Source: Candidatus Altiarchaeota archaeon
Lineage (GTDB): Archaea; SpSt-1190
Assembly (NCBI GenBank): GCA_018220935.1
Contig: JAAOXU010000015.1
Span: forward strand, 2,255 to 66,254
Length of the DNA: 64,000 nucleotides
Reading direction: 5' to 3'
The translations under genes and the position numbers were made by a program. Numbering within the stretch: position 1 is the first letter of the stretch; each line of letters begins with the position of its first letter. The notes below the pieces were generated by a model. The model made no database searches. It had not been told where the DNA came from and worked only from the letters and a program-made list of their open reading frames with translations. Below are positions 9,652-19,725 of the stretch, piece by piece.

Positions 9652-9960
9652 ATGATAAAGAAATTCTTCAAAGGCAAGGAAGATGAAATTATTTTTCCTG
9701 ATATGTCTAGGGCGGTACACAAAAAAATTGCCAAAATTTCAATTTTAAAAATAAAAAAGCCTGAAGATATTTCAAAACTACGAGAAAAAATAGGAATTTT
9801 TGATATGCTCCTTGTTGATATAGCGAAGTTATATCCTGGTGAGGAGCGAAAGAGTTTTGTGACAAAACTAAAATTGCTAACACAAAATAATCAAGCTAAA
9901 ATTTATGGCGTTGATACTAACTGGCTTCTTATAACAAAATATGAAGTTCAGAAAAACTAA
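9652..9960 (+). CDS. Hypothetical protein
   Basis: This is an ORF with no recognisable motif. Confidence 0.4.
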   Translation: MIKKFFKGKEDEIIFPDMSRAVHKKIAKISILKIKKPEDISKLREKIGIFDMLLVDIAKLYPGEERKSFVTKLKLLTQNNQAKIYGVDTNWLLITKYEVQKN

Positions 9961-11408
9961 TAACTTCGTCCCCAATAAAGAGAGTATTTTGCATTACTTG
10001 CACAATTAATACATCGCCCACTAACTCCATTTTGGTCAAATGGAATTACGCGTGGTCCACCTTCAACTTTTTTACTTAACTCTTCCTCACAAGTTTCTTG
10101 ACTACAATGAGGAATTATTGCCCATTTCTTTTGCGTGAGTGCTTTTTTGAGTTCATCTACATTCTTAGTTTCAACTGTATTTTTATCCATATTTTCTTTT
10201 AATTTATTAAAAAGTGCAATCTGAATATCATCAAGTTCATCTCTTATTGCTTGTTCGATGTAAATGTTCTTTACGCTGGATTTTTCACCATTATCTCGTC
10301 TGACAACAACTACTTTACCTTCCTTTATGTCTCTAGGACCAATTTCAAGCCTTAAAGGTACTCCTTTGACTTCCCAATGATTAAATTTCCATCCTGCTGT
10401 GTATTCGTCTCTGCTATCAACTTCAACTCTAAAACCGTGGTTAACTAGTTTTTCTTTTAGTTCTTCCGCTTTTTTTATGATGTTCTTATCTGTTTCTTTG
10501 AAAACAATTGGAATTATTACAATTTGAACTGGTGCAACTTTTGGGGGAATTATTGCGCCTTTATCATCCCCATGTGCTAAGATTAAACCTCCAATTAGCC
10601 TAGTTGAAGTTCCATAACTGGTCTGCCATGCATAGTGCCATTTTTCATCTTTACCCATAAATTTAACATCATATGGCTTTGAGAAATTTTGACCCAACAT
10701 ATGACTTGTTCCCATCTGAAGGGCTTTACCGTCTGGCATTAGTGCTTCAATAGCATAAGTGTAATCAGCCCCTGCAAATTTATCTGAATTAGTTTTTTTA
10801 CCTTTAATTACTGGAATTGCAAGTAATTCTTCACTAATCTTTTCGTATCCATCTATTCCCCACTTTGTTTCTTCATCTGCACCTTCTTTATCCTTGTGAA
10901 CTGTGTGAGCCTCATGCCACAAAAATTCTCTACTTCGCAAAAAGGGTTTAGTCATCTTAGTCTCCCATCGCATAATGTTAGCCCATTGGTTAACTAGAAA
11001 CGGGAGATCTCTATAACTTTTAATCCACTTACTAAACATTTCATACATAATAGTCTCACTAGTAGGTCTAATTGCTAGTTTTTCTTCAAGTTTATTTTCT
11101 CCTGCGTGAGTTACCCAAGCAACTTCAGGAGTAAAACCTTCAAAGTGTTCAGCTTCGCGTTTTAGTAAACTTTCAGGAATAAGAAGTGGAAAATAATGGT
11201 TTTTTAGGCCGTGGTTTCGCATAATTGGGTCCCAAAAACCCCTAATTGCTTCCCAAATTGAGTTTCCCCACCACCTCATTACAATTAAGCCTTTGACTGG
11301 GGAATAATCTGCAAATTCTGCACGCAATACGACTTGTTGATACCATTCAGAGATATCATCATCCCGTTTAACCGTTATTCCTAAGTCTTCACTCATTTTA
11401 GAACGCAT
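9957..11408 (-). CDS. proS: Prolyl-tRNA synthetase (archaeal/eukaryotic type, class II)
   Basis: It has class II motifs and a C-terminal zinc-binding tail (CINCASNAKYSLYWGRSY) typical of archaeal ProRS. Confidence 0.85.
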   Translation of the reverse strand: MRSKMSEDLGITVKRDDDISEWYQQVVLRAEFADYSPVKGLIVMRWWGNSIWEAIRGFWDPIMRNHGLKNHYFPLLIPESLLKREAEHFEGFTPEVAWVTHAGENKLEEKLAIRPTSETIMYEMFSKWIKSYRDLPFLVNQWANIMRWETKMTKPFLRSREFLWHEAHTVHKDKEGADEETKWGIDGYEKISEELLAIPVIKGKKTNSDKFAGADYTYAIEALMPDGKALQMGTSHMLGQNFSKPYDVKFMGKDEKWHYAWQTSYGTSTRLIGGLILAHGDDKGAIIPPKVAPVQIVIIPIVFKETDKNIIKKAEELKEKLVNHGFRVEVDSRDEYTAGWKFNHWEVKGVPLRLEIGPRDIKEGKVVVVRRDNGEKSSVKNIYIEQAIRDELDDIQIALFNKLKENMDKNTVETKNVDELKKALTQKKWAIIPHCSQETCEEELSKKVEGGPRVIPFDQNGVSGRCINCASNAKYSLYWGRSY

Positions 11409-11442
11409 CTTAGAAGTTTATAAAATTAAACTCCCCAGTCTT

Positions 11443-11474
11443 CCCCACGCAGTGGGGCTTCCCCGATTACGGGG
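11443..11474. promoter_or_regulatory. Tandem GC-rich hairpins between the divergent TATA boxes of proS and elp3
   Basis: The hairpins are CCCCAC-GCA-GTGGGG (11443-11457) and CCCCG-ATTA-CGGGG (11461-11474). They are flanked by TATA-like elements at 11417-11426 and 11475-11483. Confidence 0.5.
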
Positions 11475-11503
11475 CTTTATAACCCTTAAAATTATTTTTC
11501 TCT

Positions 11504-12847
11504 GTGAAAAAGCCTAGTCGTAGTATGAGTGGTGTAGCAGTAATTGCTGTAATGAGTCCCTCCTTTATTTGTCCGGGTGAATGTGTATTCTGCTTTAAAG
11601 GACCAAATGCAGCTAAGAGCTACACTGGTCTAGAGCCTTCAGCAAGACGGGCGATAAGACACGATTATGATCCATATGAAATAACATATCACAGAATAAA
11701 ACAACTTGAACTTAATGGTCACCCGACTGATAAGCTTGATGTGATAGTAATGGGTGGAACTTTTAATTTTCATCCAAGAGACTTTCAAGAGAATTTCGTA
11801 AAACGAATTTATGATGCGTGTAACCAAGTTGATTCAAAAACTCTAAAGGAAGCTCAAAAAATTAATGAGACCACTAAAAACCGAATTATTGGGTTGACTT
11901 TTGAGACAAGGCCTGATTGGGCAAGTATTGATGAACTTAACTGGATGCTGAGTATGGGTGCGACTAGACTTGAATATGGTATTCAATCAACCTTTAATGA
12001 CGTTCTTGAGCTAAATAAAAGGGGTCACTTAATTGAAGAGAGTATGAGGGCAACTACTGATGCAAGAGACCTTGGCTATAAGATTAATCACCACATTATG
12101 CCTGGTTTACTTGGTTCAACTAAAAAGAAAGATCTTGATACTTTTAGAACTGTATTTTCAGAAAAACTAATGCCTGATATGATTAAAATTTATCCAACTC
12201 TCGTTATTGAAGGTTCAGAACTTTGGGATCTATACAAATTGGGTTGGTATAAACCCTTAAGGGATGAGGATGCTATTGAGGTTATTTCGGCGGCTAAAGC
12301 TTTAGTTCCACCTTGGATTCGTGTCATGAGAATTCAGAGAGATGTCCCTGCAACAGAAATTATAGATGGCGTTAAAAAAGGTAATTTAAGAGAGCTTGCA
12401 TGGAAAAAAATGAGACAAAACGGGACTAAATGTCGATGCATAAGGTGTAGGGAAGCTAGACTTGAAACAGATCTTAATCCAAAACTAATTAGACAAGACT
12501 ATGAAGCTGGTGGTGCTACTGAAGTTTTTTTAAGTTTTGAAGATGAGAAAAAGGACAAACTTGTTGGATTTTTACGTCTTAGACTCTTAAAGCGATTTTT
12601 GAGGCCAGAACTAAAGGATTCTGCAATGGTTCGTGAAGTGCGCGTCTTTGGACCTGAAGCTAAAATAGGCAGTGATGGAGTTTGGCAACATAAAGGCTAT
12701 GGTAAAAAACTTCTTATTGAAGCTGAAAAAATTACAAAAAATGCGAAGTACTCTAAACTTTCTATTATTTCTGGGGTGGGAGTGCGTGAATACTTTAGGA
12801 AATTTGGGTATGAACTAAATGGTCCATACATGACTAAAACCCTGTAA
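11504..12847 (+). CDS. elp3: Elp3-family radical SAM/GNAT protein (tRNA U34 carboxymethyluridine synthase homolog)
   Basis: It has the radical SAM motif CPGECVFC and a C-terminal GNAT domain (GYGKKLL). The likely start is the ATG at about 11525, since the listed start is GTG. Confidence 0.75.
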   Translation: MKKPSRSMSGVAVIAVMSPSFICPGECVFCFKGPNAAKSYTGLEPSARRAIRHDYDPYEITYHRIKQLELNGHPTDKLDVIVMGGTFNFHPRDFQENFVKRIYDACNQVDSKTLKEAQKINETTKNRIIGLTFETRPDWASIDELNWMLSMGATRLEYGIQSTFNDVLELNKRGHLIEESMRATTDARDLGYKINHHIMPGLLGSTKKKDLDTFRTVFSEKLMPDMIKIYPTLVIEGSELWDLYKLGWYKPLRDEDAIEVISAAKALVPPWIRVMRIQRDVPATEIIDGVKKGNLRELAWKKMRQNGTKCRCIRCREARLETDLNPKLIRQDYEAGGATEVFLSFEDEKKDKLVGFLRLRLLKRFLRPELKDSAMVREVRVFGPEAKIGSDGVWQHKGYGKKLLIEAEKITKNAKYSKLSIISGVGVREYFRKFGYELNGPYMTKTL

Positions 12848-12944
12848 GCACCACCAATACCCCTTAATACTAAAGCTTTTTTTAATTAAATTTAAAAAAA
12901 AATACGTCCCAAAAACATTTTAAACGCTTCAATTATCTCTTAGA

Positions 12945-13352
12945 ATGAGTGACTTGGTCCGAATGCTTAGTAAAGTTAGCTATAAGGAATTAGCAAAAAT
13001 TTGTGGCGATTATGAATTATCAAAGAGTGGTAAAAAAATTGACTTGGTTCAAAAATTAGTTGCAGCTGTACCTGAAGAAGAACTACGTTCAAAAATAATT
13101 GAGTTTATGGGTATTGCTAAAAAAATATTAGAACATGATACAGTTCCAAAACATACACTTCTTACACTTGAAAAGATTGCTGAAGTCACTAAAAAATTTG
13201 GAATAAAAAAGTGGCAATTACCAAAAATTGTTGACAAAGATCCTATTGTAATTTTAGCGGGTGCACGACCTGGGGATGTTATGGAAATTATGAGAAAAAG
13301 TGAGACTGCTGGGGAATCTAAGTATTATAGGCTTGTAGTCCGAGGCGACTAA
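12945..13352 (+). CDS. rpoH: DNA-directed RNA polymerase subunit H (Rpb5 homolog) with an N-terminal SAP-like extension
   Basis: The C-terminal 73 aa (HDTVPKH...LPKIVDKDP...GDVMEIMRKSETAGESKYYRLVV) match the RpoH consensus. The N-terminal 60 aa carry a SAP-like motif (YKELAKICGDYELSKSGKKIDLVQKL). Confidence 0.75.
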   Translation: MSDLVRMLSKVSYKELAKICGDYELSKSGKKIDLVQKLVAAVPEEELRSKIIEFMGIAKKILEHDTVPKHTLLTLEKIAEVTKKFGIKKWQLPKIVDKDPIVILAGARPGDVMEIMRKSETAGESKYYRLVVRGD

Positions 13353-13365
13353 AGAAGAAGCTTAA

Positions 13366-13387
13366 AAGTAACTCTCGTTACTTTTTG
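13366..13387 (+). terminator. Hairpin plus T-tract after rpoH
   Basis: The sequence AAGTAAC-TCTC-GTTACTT is followed by TTTTG. Confidence 0.5.
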
Positions 13388-13389
13388 TC

Positions 13390-14766
13390 ATGGGTGTGGT
13401 TAAACCTGCTTTGATAGCTTTTTTGATTGTATTGTCCATATACGTTTTTTTTGATCAACCCAAAACAGTGGGTTTAATGATAAATCTGCCTGAAGCATAT
13501 GACGGTTATACTCTCTTTTCCCCCATCTATTCTAATGTGACGTATTTAATCGATAATTCTGGTGAAATAATTTTTGAGTGGGATGCTAAAAATCTCCCGG
13601 GTAAAATGGCATATCTTTTAGACAATACAAATTTACTTCGAACTGAAATATTCCCTGATTTTTATCAGGAGCAGTATTTTCACTATGGTGGTTCTGGGGG
13701 GAAACTAAAAGAATTCACCCTGGATGGTGAAGTAGTCTGGGAGTTCACATATTCAAATAAAACTCATCTTCAGCACCACGATTTAGAAGTTATGCCTAAT
13801 GGGAATATTTTACTCATTGCGTGGGAAAAAAAGACTAAAGAAGAAGCAATTAGCGCAGGACGTAATCCTGAACTGATTAGTGAAAATGAAAGTGAAATAT
13901 GGCCAGATCACTTGGTTGAAATTAAACCCATAAGGCCAAATGGGGGTGAGGTAGTCTGGGAATGGCACCTCTGGGACCATGTAATTCAGGACTTTGATCC
14001 TACAAAGGAAAATTATGGTGTTGTGAAAGATCATCCTGAGTTAGTGGATATAAACTATGTCTGGGAGTACTCCCTTCATGGTAATATGGCTGATTGGGTA
14101 CATCTTAATTCAGTTGATTTTAACGAAGAACTGGACCAGATAATTATGAGTTCACCTTCTTTTAATGAAGTCTGGATTATTGATCACAGTACTACGTCAG
14201 ATGAGGCGGCTACTCACACGGGTGGAAAAAGTGGTAAGGGGGGTGACTTACTTTATCGATGGGGAAATCCAAGAACATACAGGGCTGGTGATCTTTTTGA
14301 TCAAAAACTCTTCATGCAACACGATGTGCAGTGGATAGATTCAGGACTACCTGGTGAAGGAAATATTTTAATTTACAATAATGGTTGGAGAAGACTTGAT
14401 GAAAATTATTCTTCTGTAATTGAATTTAGTATTCCAACAAAAGGTGGTGAATATTTCTTGGACGCGAGTGGTACATATGGACCTAAAGATTTAGTCTGGG
14501 AATACTTTGCCAAAAACAAATCTAGCTTTTATTCCCCAAAAATCTCGAGTGCGCAAAGACTTCCCAATGGCAATACTTTAATTGATGTTGGTGATTTTGG
14601 TGTTTTCTTTGAGGTGACTCCTGATAAAAAAGTTGTATGGAAATACATTAATCCATATACTCAATTGGGAAAAACTAAACAAGGTGATGAAATCTCAAGT
14701 AACAAATATAGTCAACATAATGCCGTTTTTATGATAAAAAAATATCCACTTTCCTTTTTTGAATAA
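13390..14766 (+). CDS. Arylsulfotransferase (ASST)-like beta-propeller protein with an N-terminal TM anchor
   Basis: It has repeated LPNGN, HH-D and HLNS motifs typical of the ASST family, and an N-terminal hydrophobic segment. Confidence 0.45.
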   Translation: MGVVKPALIAFLIVLSIYVFFDQPKTVGLMINLPEAYDGYTLFSPIYSNVTYLIDNSGEIIFEWDAKNLPGKMAYLLDNTNLLRTEIFPDFYQEQYFHYGGSGGKLKEFTLDGEVVWEFTYSNKTHLQHHDLEVMPNGNILLIAWEKKTKEEAISAGRNPELISENESEIWPDHLVEIKPIRPNGGEVVWEWHLWDHVIQDFDPTKENYGVVKDHPELVDINYVWEYSLHGNMADWVHLNSVDFNEELDQIIMSSPSFNEVWIIDHSTTSDEAATHTGGKSGKGGDLLYRWGNPRTYRAGDLFDQKLFMQHDVQWIDSGLPGEGNILIYNNGWRRLDENYSSVIEFSIPTKGGEYFLDASGTYGPKDLVWEYFAKNKSSFYSPKISSAQRLPNGNTLIDVGDFGVFFEVTPDKKVVWKYINPYTQLGKTKQGDEISSNKYSQHNAVFMIKKYPLSFFE

Positions 14767-14776
14767 AGGAAAAGGA

Positions 14777-14895
<119 letters not shown>

Positions 14896-14994
14896 ATACT
14901 AATCTGGCTTTCACAGTTTATAAGTTTTCTTAAATTAAAACTAAAGAATTTAAAACTGAAAGGTGCCAACAAATTTCTTTAAACCTTCAGTTCA

Positions 14995-15663
14995 GTGTTT
15001 TTTGTGGCTGTTCCAAGGCATGTAGCAATAATTCCTGATGGTAATAGAAGATGGGCTAAAAATCCACTAAAATACAAAGAAGCATATGATTTGGGTGGCC
15101 AAAACTTAATTGATATTGTTACTTACTTTTTTGATGCTGGTGTCGATTATGTCAGCTTTTACGCCTTTTCATTGAAAAATTTTAGCAGGGGGGATACTGA
15201 AAAAAAACTAGTTACTAATTTAATGAGAAATTATCTACCTAAAATGAAAGCGTTAATTAAACAAAAAAATTTACGCGTAATCTTTGCAGGAAAAATTGAA
15301 CTATTTCCAAAAGATCTTTATGATGAGTTTACTAAATTAGAAAACCAAACTAGTAGTGGTAAAAAAACCATTATACCTTTAATTGCATATTCTGGAAAAG
15401 ATGATCGTAATCAGGCAGCAAAAAAATGGGTAGGTGCTGGTATGAAAGGTGATGTTGATGATTACTTATATGCGAGTAAAGCGCCTGGTATTGATTTACT
15501 AATTAGGACTGGGAATGTATCTAGGACTTCTGGATATTTACCTGCTCATAGTGAACAGGCTGAACTTTATTTTTTAGAAAAGTTTTGGCCTGATTTTTTA
15601 GTCGAAGATGCAAAGCAAGCTCTAACTGAATATAATGCTCGCGAACGTAGATTTGGCAAGTAG
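14995..15663 (+). CDS. uppS: Undecaprenyl/di-trans,poly-cis-prenyl diphosphate synthase (cis-prenyltransferase)
   Basis: It carries the HVAIIPDGNRRWAK motif. Confidence 0.85.
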   Translation: MFFVAVPRHVAIIPDGNRRWAKNPLKYKEAYDLGGQNLIDIVTYFFDAGVDYVSFYAFSLKNFSRGDTEKKLVTNLMRNYLPKMKALIKQKNLRVIFAGKIELFPKDLYDEFTKLENQTSSGKKTIIPLIAYSGKDDRNQAAKKWVGAGMKGDVDDYLYASKAPGIDLLIRTGNVSRTSGYLPAHSEQAELYFLEKFWPDFLVEDAKQALTEYNARERRFGK

Positions 15664-16248
15664 CTATTCAACTGACTTTTTGATGTACTCTTTAGCTTCA
15701 CTGGCATTTTTCCAATCCTTTAATTTTACCCATTTTCCAGGTTCAAGATCTTTATAGTGCTCAAAGAAATGCTTAATTTTGTCTTTAGTAATTTCAGGTA
15801 AATCTGATATATCTTTAATATCATCAAAACTTTTGTCAAGTTTACTTACCGGAACTGCTAATACTTTTTCATCCATTCCAGCTTCATCTTCCATAATAAG
15901 CATACCGATGGGTCGACTTCTTATGACTGCACCTGGATAAACTGGTTGGTTACCTAAAACTAATACGTCAACTGGATCTCCGTCGTCTGCATGAGTCTTT
16001 GGAATAAACCCATAATTAAATGGGTAGTACATGGCAGTAAATAGAAATCTATCTACAAATATTGCACCACTTGCTTTTTCAACTTCATACTTAACTGAGG
16101 AATTTGCAGGAATTTCAATCACGACATTTATATCCTCAGGAACACTTTTACCTACGCTTAGTTTGCTAACATCCATTATACACATTTGTTTACTAGTTTT
16201 TAAAACTAATTTTGTTTTAGTCCTTTTTCTAAAAGAAAATGTGAACAA
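15664..16248 (-). CDS. ppa: Inorganic pyrophosphatase
   Basis: It has the DGDPVDVLV signature and a family I PPase fold. Confidence 0.85.
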   Translation of the reverse strand: MFTFSFRKRTKTKLVLKTSKQMCIMDVSKLSVGKSVPEDINVVIEIPANSSVKYEVEKASGAIFVDRFLFTAMYYPFNYGFIPKTHADDGDPVDVLVLGNQPVYPGAVIRSRPIGMLIMEDEAGMDEKVLAVPVSKLDKSFDDIKDISDLPEITKDKIKHFFEHYKDLEPGKWVKLKDWKNASEAKEYIKKSVE

Positions 16249-16280
16249 AACGATATATATCCTGATATACTAACTCTTTT

Positions 16281-17906
16281 GTGGAGTTCCAGATAACTAT
16301 TGCAGGAGAGGCAGGGCAAGGAATTGCGCGCTCAGCTGACTTAGTTTCTAGGGATTTTGTTTCTCGTGGTATGTATGTCTTTAATTATCGTGACTACGGA
16401 TCGCTAATTAAGGGTGGTGAAAATTTTAACATATTACGAATTAGTACCAAAAAAATTCATAGTAATAATTGGAAAAATGATTATCTTGTTGCTTTTGGGA
16501 GGTTTTCAGACCACCACTTACAAAAAATGAATAAAGACGGAATATCAATTGGTACACTCTCAAAAATTAAAAATAAAGTGGATGCATATGCCATTGCACG
16601 AGAACTTAAGGCACCACCCATTGTGATAAATTCAGTGCTACTAGGTGCACTATACAAATCAATGAATCAACCACTAAAGGGTCTACTAAAACAAATGGAA
16701 GTTTTTGGAAAAAAAGCTAAAATTAATCAAAAAGCTGCACAACTTGGATATGATAGGTACCAAGGGGATACTAAACACATTATTGTTCCAAAACAAAAAA
16801 ACAAAAAATACTTTGTTAGTGGGAGTGAGGCTGTTGCATATGGTGCTGTAGCGGCTGGAATTGATTTATACCTAGCTTATCCTATGACTCCGGCTACTCC
16901 TATTTTACACATTCTAGCTAATCTAAAAGGTCATAATATTAGTGTAGTTCAGCTTGATAATGAAATTGGTGTTGCCAATGGTGCACTGGGCGCTAGTTAT
17001 TCGGGAGCTACTACTATGGTTGGAACTAGTGGTGGTGGTTTTGCTCTTATGGGTGAAGCTCTAAGTTTACAGGGAATGAGTGAAGTTCCAATGGTAGTAT
17101 ACTTAGCAATGAGACCTGGTCCAGCTAGTGGTATACCAACATATAGTGGACAAGGTGACTTGAAATTTGTTCTTAATGCAGGTCATGGTGATTTTTCTAA
17201 AATCGTAGTGGCACCTGGTGACCCTGTTGAAGCCTTTGAGAGAACTGTTGAGGCTGTTTATTTATCAAATAAGTACAATGCGCTTACTATCATTTTAAGT
17301 GATAAACATCTAGCTGAAAGTAATTATACTCTTGACAATGCTCCTAGTTTTACGGTAAAACCAAGTAGGTTCTTAGTGAAGCCAAATAAGAAATTTAAAT
17401 CATACAAAATTACTAAGGATGGTGTCTCACCTAGAGCACCTGCGGGATCTGGATTAATTAGGGCTACAAGCTATGAACATGATGAATTTGGTTATACTAC
17501 TGAAGATCCAAAAGAAATCAATAAAATGGTTGAAAAAAGATTGGTTAAAGCTAAAACTCTTGAAAAAGCAGTGAGTAAACTAAAGCCCATTAAAACCTAT
17601 GGTAGGGGACATGATTTGATTGTTAGTTGGGGTTCTACTAAAGGGGCTATAATTGATACACTAAAAGAGGTTGATGCTAAGTTTTTACAAATCTGCTACC
17701 TTAAGCCTTTCCCGAGTAGAAAAGTAAAAGCGTTACTTGAATCTGCAAGGCGAGTAGTTGTGGTTGAAAATTCAGCCACCGGTCAGATTGCTGATGTTAT
17801 AGCAGAAAATACGGGCTATATTATTGATAAAAAAATACTAAAGTATGATGGTAGACCATTTGGTCACGAAGAATTAGTTAAGAGTTTAAGGAGGGTACTA
17901 AAATGA
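16281..17906 (+). CDS. 2-oxoacid:ferredoxin oxidoreductase alpha subunit (fused gamma-alpha type)
   Basis: It has N-terminal gamma-like and alpha domains of the POR/KOR family and is followed by a TPP-binding beta subunit. Confidence 0.75.
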   Translation: MEFQITIAGEAGQGIARSADLVSRDFVSRGMYVFNYRDYGSLIKGGENFNILRISTKKIHSNNWKNDYLVAFGRFSDHHLQKMNKDGISIGTLSKIKNKVDAYAIARELKAPPIVINSVLLGALYKSMNQPLKGLLKQMEVFGKKAKINQKAAQLGYDRYQGDTKHIIVPKQKNKKYFVSGSEAVAYGAVAAGIDLYLAYPMTPATPILHILANLKGHNISVVQLDNEIGVANGALGASYSGATTMVGTSGGGFALMGEALSLQGMSEVPMVVYLAMRPGPASGIPTYSGQGDLKFVLNAGHGDFSKIVVAPGDPVEAFERTVEAVYLSNKYNALTIILSDKHLAESNYTLDNAPSFTVKPSRFLVKPNKKFKSYKITKDGVSPRAPAGSGLIRATSYEHDEFGYTTEDPKEINKMVEKRLVKAKTLEKAVSKLKPIKTYGRGHDLIVSWGSTKGAIIDTLKEVDAKFLQICYLKPFPSRKVKALLESARRVVVVENSATGQIADVIAENTGYIIDKKILKYDGRPFGHEELVKSLRRVLK

Positions 17907-18760
17907 AACTAAAAAATATGGGAACTCCGGTTGCAAATACTTGGTGTCCAGCTTGTCCTAACTTTTTAATATTATCAAGTGCAAAAAAAGCAATCCTTGA
18001 ATTAGTAACTGAAAAACATGCTAAACACAACGATTTTGTTGGAGTTACTGGTATAGGATGTCATGGTAAAATTTATGATTATATCAATATCGGTGGATTC
18101 TATGGACTGCACGGCAGAGCAATTCCTGCTGCAACTGGTATAGTTTTAGGGAATCCAAACTTGAAAGTCATTGCCTTTGCTGGTGATGGGGATGCATATG
18201 CTGAAGGTATTAGTCACTTCATTAATTCTGCGAGGATGAATCCAAACTATGCCCTTTTTGTGCACAATAACAAAGTATTTGCTTTGACTACTGGTCAAAT
18301 TACACCTACTTCTGAAAAAGGATATAAGGGTAAAAGTACGCCGGATGGTAACCCATTTCCGACTATTAATCCATTGGCACTCGCACTTCAGGCGGGAGCT
18401 AGTTTTGTTGCTAGAGAATACGCCCTTGATATAAAAAATCTGACTGCTACTATGAAAGCCGCCATAAAACACAAAGGTTTTGCGTATGTTGACATAATTC
18501 AGCCTTGCTTAACTTTTCATAACTTTTCTGATTATGTTAAAGACAAGATGTATCGTATAAAACCCAGTAAAAACCTTGAATCTGCTATAAAGACTGCATC
18601 AACTTGGGACTATTCTCTTAATCCAAAGGCAAAAATCCCTGTCGGAATTTTCTACAAAGAAAATAGACCTACTTTAGGTGAAATGTTTGATACAAAGGCT
18701 TGGCATAAGGTTAAAAGAACCTCGAATCTGAAGCTTTGGGACACTTTGAGAGTTAAATAA
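17903..18760 (+). CDS. 2-oxoacid:ferredoxin oxidoreductase beta subunit (TPP-binding)
   Basis: It has the GDGD TPP motif and Cys ligands near the N-terminus. It overlaps the alpha gene. Confidence 0.8.
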   Translation: MKLKNMGTPVANTWCPACPNFLILSSAKKAILELVTEKHAKHNDFVGVTGIGCHGKIYDYINIGGFYGLHGRAIPAATGIVLGNPNLKVIAFAGDGDAYAEGISHFINSARMNPNYALFVHNNKVFALTTGQITPTSEKGYKGKSTPDGNPFPTINPLALALQAGASFVAREYALDIKNLTATMKAAIKHKGFAYVDIIQPCLTFHNFSDYVKDKMYRIKPSKNLESAIKTASTWDYSLNPKAKIPVGIFYKENRPTLGEMFDTKAWHKVKRTSNLKLWDTLRVK

Positions 18761-18807
18761 TTTTGATTAATAGGAAGCTTTTTATCCCTTTAATGGTGGT
18801 TTTTTAA

Positions 18808-19725
18808 GTGGTCAAACGAGGACGGGTCGCGATTGTGGGATCAAAAACCTTAGAAAAGGTTTTAATGCCTGAATTTTCAAAGACATTCCTATCTGCGGTC
18901 TTTTTTGATCCTAATACTATAAAATTGACGGCGGGAAAAGAGTTGACTGCCACTTCTAACAAATTTAATTTAATTAATTTTGACTACGTATTATTACTCC
19001 CTGACGACTCAAATAAGGAGTTTTATTATACGCTTGCAAAAATTTTAGAAAAACATACTAAAGTTTCAATACCGAGTGATTCTCTCTTTGGTTTTTGGAA
19101 TCGTCCAATTTTACTAAGTAAAATTTCAAAGGCAGTGCCGGTTAGGAGAACTGCTGCTATATCACAGAATGCTGCGGCAGATTACATTAAAAATGATTTT
19201 AAGTTGCCTGTAATTTTGACTACTCCTGGTGGCAAGAGGGTGTATGTGAGTAATGAGGAGACTCTTAGAAACGTATTGTCTTTATTTTCAGCAGGTCACT
19301 TGGTCTCAGTTCATGAGCCCATAAAAAAGGCAGAAGTTCATGTAACCTTTTTTAGTGAAAATTCTTCAATTGGATATTATCGGGTTGGTGACAAACGCGT
19401 ACCAAACAACCTAAATTCAAATTTAGTTGAGATGGGTAAACGAGTAAGAAAAGTTCTTAATGCTGATTTTCTCTCAATTTTATTTGTAAAAATTGATGGT
19501 AATTATTATGTTTCAACTATAAAACTAAATCCGCGGTTTGATTTATTTAACAAAGTACTTGGTAAAGATTTAGTTAGAATTATGGCAAGTGAAATTTCAA
19601 ATAAGATTGTTGCACCTGATGCTGTTGCAGTTGCCGATGGTTTTATCAAGAAACTTGTACGTGGAATGGAAAAATTTGGAGAGTGGATAGGTAATGAAAT
19701 TAGCAATATTAGGCCCTCTAAGTAG
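18808..19725 (+). CDS. ATP-grasp-like protein (divergent, possibly non-catalytic paralog of RimK-type ligase)
   Basis: It has weak RimK-like segments (PVILTTPGGKRVYV). It overlaps the next gene by 32 nt. Confidence 0.4.
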   Translation: MVKRGRVAIVGSKTLEKVLMPEFSKTFLSAVFFDPNTIKLTAGKELTATSNKFNLINFDYVLLLPDDSNKEFYYTLAKILEKHTKVSIPSDSLFGFWNRPILLSKISKAVPVRRTAAISQNAAADYIKNDFKLPVILTTPGGKRVYVSNEETLRNVLSLFSAGHLVSVHEPIKKAEVHVTFFSENSSIGYYRVGDKRVPNNLNSNLVEMGKRVRKVLNADFLSILFVKIDGNYYVSTIKLNPRFDLFNKVLGKDLVRIMASEISNKIVAPDAVAVADGFIKKLVRGMEKFGEWIGNEISNIRPSK

